Below, in pieces: positions 51,200 to 64,000 of a DNA stretch of 64,000 bases (position 1 is the first letter of the stretch; every line of letters begins with the position of its first letter). The notes below the pieces were generated by a model. It was not told the DNA's origin. It saw nothing but the letters and a program-made list of their open reading frames with translations, and searched no databases. Source of the DNA: Prorocentrum cordatum (lineage: Eukaryota); NCBI GenBank assembly GCA_963575745.1, contig CAUYUJ010000002.1:1426001-1490000 (forward strand). Reading direction: 5' to 3'. The translations under genes were made by a program, and so were the position numbers.

Positions 51200-51830
51200 A
51201 GCTCAGCTCCCTTGGCGATGGCCTCCACCAGCGCCGGTGGATACCGTTGAGCGGCGCGAGTCCTCCCGCCGCCGACCAGAGAGAGATGCTCATGCACTCC
51301 GCTGCACTGCCTGCCACACAGTGATGAGAGAGGAGCACTGTTCGAGAGAAACCGGGCAAGATTTTTGGAAAGCGCCCCCGGGGCCACACTCAAGCCAAGC
51401 GCGCACTGGCCAGCCACAGCAGTACCCACTCCCCGTAACTTGGAGAGCTTACCTATCGACTGCAGTACCGAGCTGCTGGCGGGCCCCGGATGCTCCAGAA
51501 AGAACATCCTTCCCTGGGCAACCTGATACTCAGCAACCTGGGCGCGGACCGACATCTACAGGAGTGCCTCCTGTTCGAGCCTGGTCTGCTCGACAGGATC
51601 GGCGTTGGGGGCAGTCCTGGCCCGGCTGAAGAGAGCACAGCTAGGGAGGAGACATAGCAACACGCAGCGGCCTCTCATGTTCTATCTTGCGCCACAGCGT
51701 CTCGCGATCTCCCAGGGGTCTCAGATCCCAACCCGTTTCCTTATCGACGGCGCCGCTCACGGGAAATCCCCCTCGGCTCAGTTCCCCCGAGGCCCTCGGA
51801 GCACGACGCAGAGCATGACCGCGTCTCTTG
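51200..51830 (-). pseudogene. C5-cytosine DNA methyltransferase-like domain in copia #2
   Basis: AVDKETGWDL, RPLRVAMSPP(C after removing one inserted base)..LFS, QVAQGRMFFLEHP, GQCALGL, QCSGVHEH, RAAQRYPPALVEAI. Confidence 0.8.
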
Positions 51831-53652
51831 GCTTCAGCAGCCGGAAACCCTCGAGACAGTTTCTCCCCTTTCGAATGCCAGATCCCCCGAGACTCCTGAT
51901 GGCTTCCCGTCGAACCACTCGAGGAACACTTACCACAGGAATACGTTCCCGCATGAAGTCCTCCTCGAGCCCGATGGAGACCTAGTTGAGCGCGTCGCGG
52001 GGCAATGCCCAGCCCTGGGCGCCCACTAAGCCCGATGGGCCCCGGGCCCAACCGAGCCCTCAGCCAGAGCTAGGCCCCGCGCCTTGGCCTCGGGAGGATC
52101 GTTGGAGCCGTCTAAGGCCCCTGCGGTTGCACCCGCCCCCGTCCACCACGCAAGGCCTAAGTCGCTGCTCGAGACCCCTCAAGACCCCCGAGATCCCAGA
52201 CGCTGAGCAAAACCGCCAGGTCATCGACCAAATTTCCCCCAGACAGAGACCTCATACACCAGCTTGATCCGGCCAGCATGAGCGAGGGCACTGAAAGCTT
52301 GATATCCTGAGCCTCTGAGGTCCAAAGACGTGAACCACGCCCTCTGCTCGCGACGGGAAGCATGGTGCTGCGTCCGGCCGAGGCGACGAGAGACCGCTTC
52401 TGGGCTTGCAGGCCTCTCCCGAGACAGATCCCAAAGGGCCTCTGACACCCGGGCCTTCCGAACCCCCAGGAGGCCCTTGAACCTCCGAAGAGTGGCCCAG
52501 AGACTCCTGGCAATCCACAGACCGTCGGAGGACGCGGGAAGCCTTCCGAGGATCCCTCGACGCTTCGGATTGTCGGTCATCAAATGAAAAGAGGTGGAGA
52601 AGGATGGATGTGACGAAGATGATGTTTCCGTTCTCGCTTGGCTCAAGCTTCCCCCGCCAGCGTCTGGAGGCGCAGAGCTGTGCCTCGAGTCTGCCGAAGC
52701 CGACCGGAATGTCTTCAGCGCCTTGGTTCGCCCGGCGTGATCCTGCTCCGAACTCAATCGTTGCTCGAGCTGGCTGCCCAGGGCGACGCATTCACCGCCC
52801 CGGCCAGTGTCTGCGCCAACTCGACAAGACCGTCCATCTGCATGGCCCTCTCCTGGCGCTCCTCTAGCAGAACACAGCCAAGCTTGTCCAAATCGCTCTC
52901 CCCGCGCTCGATAGCACTGCTGCGCTGACCGCTCCTGTCCTGGACCGGAGGCGCTGTCGGGGCTGGCAGTCCTGACTTTCGAGCCGTCGGCGACGGCCTC
53001 GTGGTGACGGACGCCGTGCACTTCGCGAAGTCGATGCGCTGGTAGCAGGTCAGGCGCCTGATCCAGTATCCACGCGGGTTGTCTCCGCGGCAATGGAACC
53101 CTGGAAGGCGCGGGCAGAAGTGCCGGTTGGGCTCGCCCTTTTCCTATTTCACGCCCAGACGAAGCACGCTGATCCTCGGAACCAGCTTGAGAGAAGCCTG
53201 GAGTCCGCAGCAAGGCGCAGCACCATGAGCATCTTGATCGCCCAGCGCCCCCACGCCCGCGCTGCGGAAGCCAGAATGAACTGGACCTTCAGGAAGAGCG
53301 CCATCTCGATCCGCGAGGTCGACGCCCTTCAGCGCCCCGTCGACCCAGGGGTCCAGAGGCATGTCCCAGTTGGCATATATCTCGCTGTCCTCGTTCTCCA
53401 GAATCGCCAAAATCCCCGTCTGGATCGACGTAGCCCACGCGCATCCTGAAGGCGCGAAGGGTCCGAGCGGCGCGAACTCGGTCGCGCTTCGGCTGGGACT
53501 TCTGAACCACCATGATGGGCCGACTGCGCGCTGGGAAGATCACTGAGCTGCTGGTTTGAGCCGGGCGCTACAGAGGGGGGCTCGGGCGTACTGACCCTGG
53601 GTGTCTGACTGCCCTGGGCCCGCTGACCTGGCCCGGCCACCTGAGGCCTGGA

Positions 53653-53956
<304 letters not shown>

Positions 53957-54389
53957 CTAACATATACTGAAAGGAACCAACTGACGCTGAAAGAGACTGG
54001 CTGATCCTACCCCTATACCCCCCCCACTGCGGCCCTCGCGAATCCTGAGGTCCGTGTGCCCGACCCAGCAGCCCAGCGGCTGGTGCGAGTCGAGGTCGGC
54101 CCTCTCGTAGACGCAGGTCCGACTGGCCTCGTCGCCCACGAGCGGGCAGGTCGTCGTCGCCAGGCTGAGCAGATCAGGCGAGGAGACCGGCAGGTCCAAG
54201 CACTCTGCGATATCAAACCAAGTCTCTCGAAGATGAACGTGCACTCGACGAAGGATGTCACCCTGCAAAGACCTGCAGTCGCCCAGCTCCACTGGCTTTC
54301 CAAAATACACGACGTTCGAGCCCTTGAAGTTTGGAAAGCGCTTCGCCAGGTCGGGGCGCACCTTGAAGTCAGACGGATCGCGTCCAATC

Positions 54390-54800
54390 AAGTCCACTGC
54401 GCGATGACCTGAGGGAAACCTGAGCATGGCAATCTCTTCGCGATTCTCCCCCTCTCCCACTGACAGAACATCTCGCCGTAAGTCAACTACGGCGTGAAAA
54501 AAATCAGAATACCTCGCTGGCAACCGCGCGGGGCAGAAGTGATCTAAGATCAGGAACTCGATGATAGCGCATCCGATCAGAGAAGCTGGAACGAAAGTCC
54601 TGCCGACGGGAGTAGACTTGCCGCCAACTCCGTTCGCGGCCGGGAGGTTGGTCTCGCCCTTGTTGACATGGATATTGTAGCCGCGCTTCTTGAAAGCCTC
54701 GACCATTCGCTCCAGATCTGGAGATCCCACCAATACTTGTCCAGCGGCCGCATCAACCAAAGCTGAGCTGCCCGCGCTGGTGAGTGTGATCTCGTCGCGA
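54390..54800 (-). pseudogene. pol: Copia #2 aspartic protease
   Basis: SALVDAAAGQVLVG, GVGG, SGHRAVDL. Confidence 0.8.
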
Positions 54801-54872
54801 GAGGGAACGGCCACACTCGAAAGCTCGGCGAAGTTCAAGACATCGTCGAAGTTGGCCCACGAACAGCCCGTC

Positions 54873-56010
54873 TTATCTGCGCCCGGTAATACGAGGCCCC
54901 TGCAGAGGCTTCTCCTTGATTCTGTCGGCCGTGCTTCTAAACGACCTCTTGCAATCCTCTGTCCAACGCCCATTGCCTCCGCAGTTGGAGCACCGAGGCC
55001 GGCGCTTGACGAAGTCTCGAGCGACTCTGCGGAAGTTCTGCCCCTTCTGAGCTCCCTTAGGATCTCGGCGACGGCCAAAGACATCGCGATCCACCTTCTT
55101 GTTGCCTTTCTGGGCCCTAGCTCCTTGCCAAGTCCGGCGGCGAATTTCCGAAGTCACTTCGGCGAAAGTGTTTACTATCTCATCCCAGGCCAGGTCCAGG
55201 GAGTCAAGCGAAACCAAAATGGCATTGAGCCCGTCCTCCTCGAACTCTGTCTCGAAGATCGGAGTGCACGTCTCGTCATCTTGCTCGATTTCGCCCTCGG
55301 CCGGCTCCTCCGTGACAGCGAAAGCCGGCTTCGAAGAGCTCTGAGCCGTTGTCGACTTCGGAAGAACCTGCTTCTCTGAGACGTCCAACTCCAGGATCGC
55401 AGCTCGCACTGACTGGAAGTCTCGGCGGCCGTTGAGCATCGCCCGTAAATTCACCCAACCCCATTCTTCCTGCTGTGGCCAGCTGGTTGTCTCTGCGAAC
55501 TATGAAATCCGTCAGACTTTCTCCTTTCTGAATGGAGAAATCAAACATCGCTTCGTCATGTGCCTCCCTCTCTTTGTCTCCTGGCCTTTGTCCGGCCAGA
55601 AAGCCCAAGTATGAGATCAGCTTCGTGGTGCCGTCGCTCTGGTCCAACCTAGACCGTATGGCCTGGAACTTGGCCTGGAGTTCCACTGGAAAGGTCTCTA
55701 AGACTCGCCCCGCCTGAACCTCTCTGCGAAAGGCTGTCCTTCTCCGCCAGGAAGATATGTTCGAGATGTACATATTCAGGTCCTCTATTCCCAGCCAGGG
55801 CGGCGGAGCGGAGTAGTCCTTGTTCCGTGGTGTTGTCGAGCTGTCCCATCTGCCCCATGACCACCTGTGATTCCACTGAAAAGGCGGCCATTGGAAGTCT
55901 CTCCAGCCCTGATCCCACCAGATCTCGGCTTGGCCGGCTGCGGTCTGCTCGGGTGGTGTCCAGGGACCCTCACCGTAGAAATATTCAATACCTGGAGGGG
56001 GTACATCATG
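54873..56010 (-). pseudogene. gag: Copia #2 gag with zinc knuckle
   Basis: DYSAPPPW.G, QKGESLTDFIVRRD, CSNCGGNG(H>R)WTEDC. Confidence 0.85.
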
Positions 56011-56112
56011 AAATTCGCGTGCTGCGGACTGATTCTGACGCGCGCTCGCACCCTCAGTAGTTAGCTCCTGCAGGTTACCATCAGCATCATGCTCCCCTGT
56101 GGCCTCGTCCAC

Positions 56113-56125
56113 GCTCCGGCTACCA
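56113..56125 (-). promoter_or_regulatory. Primer-binding site TGGTAGCCGGAGC (probably initiator tRNA-Met)
   Basis: 1 nt inside the 5' LTR; shares TGGTAG..CGGAGC with the copia #1 PBS. Confidence 0.75.
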
Positions 56126-56126
56126 C

Positions 56127-56304
56127 TGTCAGCTGGCATGGGAGACGCAGTAATCACATGTGCGAGAGGATATCTTTAGAGCACTCCCCAAGAGTACAAA
56201 CGGTAAGGCAGTTATTGGGCACGCGATTGCCCCGGAAGCCCAAAGGGCTGCGGAGCATGCTGTATGTCACAAGCGGAGGAGGGGAGAAAAGGAAAAACAG
56301 GACA
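56127..56304 (-). repeat. 5' LTR of copia #2 (178 bp)
   Basis: Matches 47028-47209. Confidence 0.93.
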
Positions 56305-56308
56305 GTGG

Positions 56309-57120
56309 GGGCGCTAGGACTTCAAATACCTTCAAGCGTATGAACGCGCCACGGGAGACGCTGAGGGGAGACGGGCATACGCCGTCCCGCTCAGGGGCGT
56401 CAGGAACCCATGTGCTGTCACGCTTGTCCTGCTCTAGGGCGCTAGGAACCCATGTGTTCACGCTTATCCCGCCCTGGGGCGTTAGGAACCATGTGTGTTT
56501 ACCCTTGTCCTGCTCTGGCGCGTTGGGAACCCACTTGTTTTCACGCTTGTCCCACTGTGGGGCGTTAGGAACCCATGCGTGTGCTTTCACGCATTTCCCG
56601 CCCTAAGGCGTTAGGAACCCATGTGTGTTCACGCTTGTCCCTCTCTGGGGCGTCAGGAACCCACGTGATTTCACACTTGGCCCTCTGGGGCGTTAGGAAC
56701 CCAGTGCTTTCACGCCGATCCTGCTTAATGGCAGTAAGAACCAATATATTGTCGCGCTTGTCTCGCTCTGGACCGTTAGGAACCCACGTGTGTTCACGCT
56801 TGTCCCGCTCTGGGGCCTTTGGAATCCATATGTTTTCGGGCTCATCTCGCTCTGGACCGTTAAGAACCTAGTGTTTTCACGCTTGCCTGGGTCTGGGGCG
56901 TTAAGAACCCTGTGTTTTCACGCTCGTCTCGCTTGGGGAATTCAGAACCCAAGTGTTGTCATGCGTGTCCCGAACCCGCGTGGTTTCACAATTGTCCCGC
57001 CCGGCTCGAAACCCGCGCGCGTCCGCAAGGCTCTAGGATCCCATGTGTTGTCCCGCGTGTCCCGCTCTGGGGCACTGGGAAGCAGAGTTTTCACGCTTGT
57101 CCCGCTGTGGGACGCTCGCT
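56309..57120. repeat. 42-bp satellite (right part)
   Basis: Same unit; resumes after the copia #2 TSD. Confidence 0.9.
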
Positions 57121-57764
57121 GGCGCAATCTACAAGGACATAAGGAAAACGCAAGGGATTCGAGCCCCGGTAGGACGAAACAAGCGATTCGCTCGAGAAAT
57201 CCTCAACAAACTCTACAAAATCGTTTCGCTCGAGGCTTCCGCATGAAACGAAGATGATCACTTTACCTCGTTTGTGTTTTACTACCGGAACTTCAAACAA
57301 ACGAAACTGCTCACTATACCTTGTGGTTCATCTGTCGGAAAAATATTCAAAAACCAGCATCTCGCTAGGGACATCCTTCAAGTTTAATCCGCTGGCCCTC
57401 CGCGACCTCGTTATGTATCGCACATGAATCTGCCGGCCCTGCGTGAACTTGGCACCGGGCCACAGCCCTTACCGAGAAACAAATCGCAGGCTTCCCTGGA
57501 TCGCCCTGCTCCCTGGCGCCCGCCTGCGTGGCGTTCTGTGGCGCGGCGGATCTGGTGGCGACGCTGCCAGCGGTTGCGTTCTTGAAGGTCTGCAGCTGCG
57601 ACGCCTGCTTCTGCCAGCCCTCGGCGACAGAATCGGGCGGTGCGGAGGAGGGGGGGAGCAAGGGCGCCACTTGAGGTGTCCAAGTGGCCACGCGCTCACC
57701 CGTCTTCTTCTTCTTCTCCTCCACCTCCTCCTCTTCCTTCTCCTCCTTCTCCTCCTCCTGCTTC

Positions 57765-58277
57765 TCATCATCATCATCACCAAGAACACCACCACCATCA
57801 TCATCACCATCACCATCACCATGATCATCAGCATCATCAACAACCACATCTAGCATAGACCATCTACGTAACATATACCATCTCGACCGTCATCATCAGC
57901 AGCATCATCAACACAATCATCAGCAGCACCATCATCATCACCAGCAGCAGCATCATCATCACCATCATCCTCATCATCGCCATCAGCATCACCGGCATCA
58001 TCAGCATCGTCATCATCATCATCATCATCATCATCATTATCATCATCCTCATCATCGTCATAATCATCATCCTCAGCCTCATCAGCATCATCATCATCAA
58101 CAGCCACATCTAGCATAGACCATCTACGTAACAGCTACCATATATATCGTCATCATCATCAGCAGCATCATCAAAACAATCAGCATCAGCATCATCATCA
58201 GCATCACCATCATCACAATCATCAGCGTCATCATCATCATCATAATCATCATCATCATCATCACCAGTATCATCATC

Positions 58278-58309
<32 letters not shown>

Positions 58310-58421
58310 CATCACCATCATCCTCGTCATCGGCATCGTCACCATCGTCATCATCATCATCAGCATGATCACCAGCATCAGCATCATCAGCATCATCATC
58401 ATGATCAACAACATAATCATC

Positions 58422-58453
<32 letters not shown>

Positions 58454-58900
58454 CATCAGCAAGAGCATAAACATCACAAGCATCAGCATAATCGCCATCA
58501 TCAGACCCATCATCAACACCAGAACACCATCGTCGCCAGAACAGCATCGTCATCATAAGCATCATCGCCATTATAAGTATCCTCAACATCAACAACATAA
58601 ACAACATAAGCATCACCATCACCATCAGTATCGTCAGCTACATCATCATCAGCATCAGCAGCATCATCAACATCATCAGCAGCACCAGCATCAGCATCAT
58701 CAGCATCATCATCATCGCCATCGTCATCATCAACATAACCATCATCAGAAACGTCACCATCCGCATCATCAACATCCTCATCACAATCACCAACACCGTC
58801 ATCATCGTCGTCAGCATCAGCATCAGCATCATCACCATCATCAGCATCAGCATCGGCATCATAATCAACATCGTACTCATCACCATCATAATCACCAGCA
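57765..58900. repeat. (CAT)n compound microsatellite with a duplicated unique spacer
   Basis: ccacatctagcatagaccatctacgtaaca at ~57845 and ~58105. Confidence 0.9.
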
Positions 58901-59199
58901 TGAGTATCCCCGCGAATCTCGTCTCCCTCCATGCCAGGATGTGCCTCTTATTCTCCCTCCTCACCTCCAGCTCATCACCGTCCTCGTCGCCGTGATCCGC
59001 CGACTTCTCGTGCACCTCCTCGTGCACCGCCTCGTCCCCCTCATTCTTATCCTGCTCCTGCCCGTGCTCTTCGCCATACTCCTCATCTCCTCATTCGTAT
59101 CCTCCCTGCCCCCTGCGTTCGGATCCATGACCCCACCTCCCCCTCCCTCTCCATCCAGTAGTATCCCTTCGACCTCCACCTCCCGTGGCTCCAGCTCGG

Positions 59200-59785
59200 G
59201 GCCAACATGTTAGATACCCCCTGGGTGGCCTGGACACGTCAAAACACATGGTCCCAGCTCGGGACCACCATGTGAGATCTCCCCCTGGGTGGCCTGGACA
59301 CGTGAAAACACGTGGCTGCAGCTTGGGACCACCATGTTAGTCAGCCCTCTGGGGGATCTGGACATGTGAAAACACGTAGTTCCAGAACGGGGCCACCATG
59401 TCTTGGCGGCCTGCACACGTGAAAACACGTGGTTCCAGCTCGGGGCCAGCATGTTAACACCTTTCTGGGAGGCCTGCACACGTGAAAACACGTGGTTCCA
59501 GCTCGGGACCACCATGTTAGATACCGCCAATGGAAATCTGGACAATGACCAGCCGAAGAAATTGTGTCATGTTGTTACACACCTGGTGTGGATATATGAA
59601 TTCCGCGCTCTTGTGGGCCCCCACGCTGGGGGCTGCCAGGCAACTACATGTTAGATACACCTCCGTGGGTGGCCAACAAACGTAAGAGCACTTGATTCCA
59701 ATTCGGGGCCACCATGTTAGATACCTGCCTGGGTGGCCTTGACACGTGAAAACATATGGTTTCAGCTCGGGGCCACAATGTTAAT
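59200..59785. repeat. ~62-bp tandem minisatellite (also ~63030-63170)
   Basis: tgttagataccccctgggtggcctggacacgtgaaaacacgtggttccagctcgggaccacca units. Confidence 0.85.
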
Positions 59786-60644
59786 TATAGCCAGAGCGCA
59801 GTATCTCCAAACAGGGTTGTTACACCAACTGCGGTTTCCAAGGTCGATTACGTGCCCGTCCAGTGCGGGCTGGCATGGCATGGTAGAACATGCCTCCTCC
59901 TCCTCCTCCTCCTCCTCCACCTCCTCTTCATCCCGAACGGCATCTCGGAGCCCAGAGTTGCGAGGATGTCTCCAGCGTCACGGGCTGGACCACCTCGCGC
60001 GCGGCGTCTAGAACCCCAGAGTTGCGACGATGTCTCGGGCGAAACGTGCTGCGAGGAAGTCTCAGGCGAAACAGGCCAGACCACCTCGAGCGCCGCGTCT
60101 CAGAGCTCCGAGTTGCAGGGGCCACCTGGGGCCTCCTGGGGCCTCCTGGGGACAGCACGGGCGCCAGCACGGAGGCTGGAAGAAGAAGTGAGCTGCTTCT
60201 TTTCGCGATGTAAGCCCGTCCAGCTCGGCCTCAGACTCTGCCCATTTTGATGGCGGGTCTGGCGCATTTGAAGAATGCGCCCAGGGCGACCGCAATATGA
60301 TCGGTCAAACTGGCGCGAGCGAGTTTCTCTGCGAATATCCCGCGAATCCAGGCGTATCTGGAGTGAGGGATTGTGAAAATAGTTTTCTGCAGAGTTCTGT
60401 GCTCTGCGGCTTGGGTCCGCTTGATCATTTCGAGTGGGCTCTGGGGTTGCCGTCGTGTGAAGCCCCCTGGCAGTTCCTGACTCGGTGTCCTCTCATCCTG
60501 TGGCCTCTTGGACCCCACCTGGGGCTTCCTGAAGCCTCTTGGGGCTCCCAGGGGGGATATCTAACATGTGGCCGTCGGGGCTCCCCAAAATGGGGGGGGC
60601 ACAAGAGCAGGAAAAATCAACGAATCGACAGCGGATGTGTATTA

Positions 60645-61049
60645 CTCCGAATTTTCTGCGGATGAGGAGACGGCTCAGTTCCTTCGCTCTGGGGCGGGGA
60701 GTGGGGGAGGCGGGTCTGGGGGCGCTTCGGAGCTGCAGCGGGTGCGTGAGCGACTCGCCCATGAGGAGGACGAGGCTCCGCTCGTGCGCCCGCAAGATAC
60801 TTCGTCGTGTGAATATGATTAATTTGCCCAGCTAGCGTGGGAGCGGTGGCTGAGGCCACTGTGAAGCTTAACTGCGCAGTTGTCGTCCAGTTGCCGTGTG
60901 CTCGCTTGCTGGAGGCGCTGCTCGTGGCAGTTTTTCGTCGTGTGAGTTTATTTGCACTGCCCCCAGCTGGCGTGTAGCTTGCTGGCTGGGCCTGCGTCGT
61001 GCACGAAAGTGTGCTTGGTCCTGCCCTCTGGGATTGCGGAGGAAAAAAA
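60645..61049 (+). mobile_element. 405-bp 5'-truncated retroposed insertion with A-tail and 13-bp TSD
   Basis: cggatgtgtatta at 60632-60644 and 61050-61062, A7 at 61043-61049; empty paralogous site at 62122-62134. Confidence 0.85.
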
Positions 61050-61244
61050 CGGATGTGTATTAAGTTGGCACGTTCTGATAAGGGGCCTCCTGGGGCTTCC
61101 TGGGAGCCTCCTGAGAATCTCCTGGGGACCCCTGGGGCCTGTCCTGGGCGTCCTGCGGCCTCCTGAAGCTCTCTGGGGCCTGCTGGGGCTCCCAGGGTCC
61201 CAGGGGGGATATGTAACATGTAACATGTGGTCTTCTGGGCCCCC

Positions 61245-62930
61245 AGGCTGGACCACCTCTTGCGCGGCATCTGGGAGCTCAGAATTGCGAGAATGTCTTG
61301 TACGAAACGGGCCGGACCACCTTGCGCACGGCATCTCGGGGCTCAGAGTTGCGAGGATGTCTCAGGCGAGACGGGCCCGACCACCTCGCGCAGGGCATCT
61401 CAGAGCTCACAATTGGCTGCGAGGATGTCTCAGGCGAAACGGGCTGGACCACGTCGCGCGCGGCATCTCCGAGGTCAGAATTGCGAGGATGTCTCAGGCG
61501 AAATGGGCCGGACCACCTCTTGCGCGGCAGCTCAGAGCTTAGAGTTTCGAGGATGTCTCAGGCGAAACGGGCCAGACCACCTCGCGCGCGGCATCTCAGA
61601 GCTCAGAGTTTCGAGGACGTCTCAGACGAAACGGGCCGGACCACCTCTCGCGCGGCATCTCGGAATGCAAAAGCGCGAGGATGTCTCAAGTGAAACGGGC
61701 TGGACCACCTCTTGGGCGGCATCTCGGGGCTCAGAGTTGCGTTGATGTCTCAGGCGAGATGGGCCGGACCACCTCGCGCAGGGCATCTCGGAGCCCAGAG
61801 TTGCGAGGATGTCTCCAGCGTAACGGGCTGGACCACCTCACGCGCGGCATCTCGGACCCTAGAGTTGCGACGATGTCTCGGGCGAAGCGTGCTGCGAGGA
61901 AGTCTCAGGCGAAACAGGCCGGACCACCTCGAGCGCGGCGCCTCCTGGGGCCTACTAGGGCCTCCTGGGGACCTCCTGGGGCTTCCTCCTGGGCCTCCTG
62001 TGGCCCCCTGGACCCCACCTGGGGCTTCCTGAAGCCTCTTGGGGCTCTCAGGGGGGGATATCTAACATGTGGCCGTCGGGGCTCCCCAAAATGGGAGCAG
62101 GAAAAATCAACGAATCGACACCGGATGTGTATTAACTTGACACGTTCTGATAAGGAGCCTCCTGGGGCCTCCTGGGAGCCTCCTGAGAATCTCCTGGGGA
62201 CCCCTGGGGCCTGTCCTGGGCGTCCTGCGGCCTCCTGAAGCTCTCTGGGGCCTCCTGGGGCTCCCAGGGTCCAGAGGGGGATATCACACATGTGGTCTTC
62301 TGGGCCCCCAGGCTGGACCACCTCTTGCGCGGCATCTGGGAACTCAGAGTTGCGAGAATGTCTTGTACGAAACGGGCCGGACCACCTTGCGCACGGCATC
62401 TCCGAGGTCAGAGTTGCGAGGATGTCTCAGGCGAGACGGGCCCGACCACCTCGCAAGCGGAATCTCGGAGCCCAGAGTTGCGAGGATGTCTCAGGCGAAA
62501 CGGGCCGGACCACCTCTTGCGCTGCAACTCGGGGCCCAGAATTGCGAGGATGTCTCAGGCGAAACGGGCCGGACCACCTCGCAAGCTGCATCTCGGAGCC
62601 CAGAATTGCGAGAATGTCTCAGGCGAAACTGGCCGGACCACCTCTCGCACGGCATCTCGGGGCTCAGAGTTTCGAGGATGTCTTAGGCGAAACGGGCCGA
62701 ACCACCTCGCAAGCGTTATCTCGGAGCCTGGAGTTGCGAGGATGTCTCAGGCGAAACGGGCCGGACCACCTCTCGCACGGCATCTCGGGGCTCAGAGTGT
62801 CGAGGATGTCTCAAGCGAAACGGCCCGGACCACCTCTCGCGCGGCGTCCCGCAGCGCAAGTGTTCGAGGATGTCTCAGGCGAAACGGCCAATCCCGGCCA
62901 ACTCAGAAACGAGAGTTGTGAGGATGTCTC
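61245..62930. repeat. ~64-bp tandem minisatellite (gcatctcggagcccagagttgcgaggatgtctcaggcgaaacgggccggaccacctcgc) in duplicated blocks; also 59940-60120
   Basis: gcatct at 61331 and 61395 etc.; blocks separated by a duplicated cctcctgggg spacer. Confidence 0.9.
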
Positions 62931-64000
62931 AAATTTTGTGAGGATGCCTCTGCTCCCCTTTGCCTCGGCCGGAGTTAGCTTCTATCACAACAGCACCCCG
63001 TTCAGCAAGCTGTTTGGGAAAATAGTTTTCGGGGTGGCCTGGAAACATCAAAATACGTGGTTCAAGCTCGAGACCACCATCTTAGATACCCCCTGGGTGG
63101 CCTGGACACGTGAAAATACATGGCTTCATCTGGGGACAACCATGTTAGTTATCCCCCTGGGCGACCCGGGCCCGTTGAAAACAAGCATTTCGCCAGAGAG
63201 TTGCTTCAATTCTTGCCCCCAGAAGAGGAGCAATCTATGAGACAACACAAGCCTGCAGACGTCCCCAACAGATGTTGCAAAACAAGCGTGTCGCTCGAGA
63301 TATCCGCGCAGCTTTACCCTATGTTGTTATCTATCGGAAATTTAGAAACCAACATTTCGCTCGGAACATCCTCACAATTTAATGCGCGGGCCCTACGCGA
63401 CCTCGTTATCTGTCGCAAATTAATCCGCCGGCCCTCAGGAACGTGGCACTGGGACAGTTTACCTACGAAAAGAAATGCACTGGCCCACGCCCTTTCCCGA
63501 AATAATTTGTGGCTTTAACACCTTATTTCTCGCAAATATTTTCGCCAACCCTCTTCAAGTCGAGGCCGTTGGGTTACCAAAACTGAAAGAGAACCTTGGG
63601 CCCACGCCCTTTCCGGGGAAAATGAAGAAAAAACTCTATACACCGACGTGTTTCCCGACCCTGTGCTGAAATTCGCACAGGAACGCGGATTCTGCTGTAT
63701 ACGGGATCTTGGTGTATACATGTGTGGTTGTTTTCCCGAGACATCGGACATGATCGACCCACGAACCCGGAAAGGAAGATAGAAATGTAAGACATGGCAA
63801 CGTTTCAAAAACACCTGATTGGGCGACGGGCAAATGCAATGATGAATGTATCGATCTTGATGTACCGTGCCGAGGGCTGTGCTGTGCTGCGCCGTGCTGA
63901 ACTGCGATGTGCCATGCCGCGATTGTGCTCTATAGCGTTGTGGATCGAGTCCTCCTTTGTATCCGCGTAAGCTCGAGCTGCCTCAGCGTATAGTAGCTGC

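Overview
GC-rich, repeat-dominated eukaryotic DNA. It is most consistent with a dinoflagellate nuclear genome; this is an inference from DNMT-bearing copia elements, huge trinucleotide microsatellites and 40-90 bp minisatellites. I recognised no intact host gene, rRNA, tRNA or CRISPR array, and most long ORFs in the track are artefacts of simple repeats. The main structures are two full-length but decayed Ty1/copia LTR retrotransposons on the minus strand (30904-40128 and 47028-56304). Each has TG...CA LTRs, a TGGTAG primer-binding site, a 4-bp TSD and a C5-cytosine-methyltransferase-like domain between protease and integrase. The first also carries, after RNase H, a hydrophobic/TM segment followed by a SAP-like DNA-binding domain that the ORF track misses. 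Also present: a decayed APE-RT LINE (~11.4-16.3 kb); several unrelated foldback/MITE elements sharing TY...RA termini and 5-bp TSDs, one inserted in gag and carrying an array of 20-bp palindromes; a 405-bp retroposed fragment with a 13-bp TSD and A-tail; and a higher-order satellite structure. Decay mutations at conserved retroelement codons repeatedly run TpG/CpA->CpG, the reverse of methyl-CpG decay.
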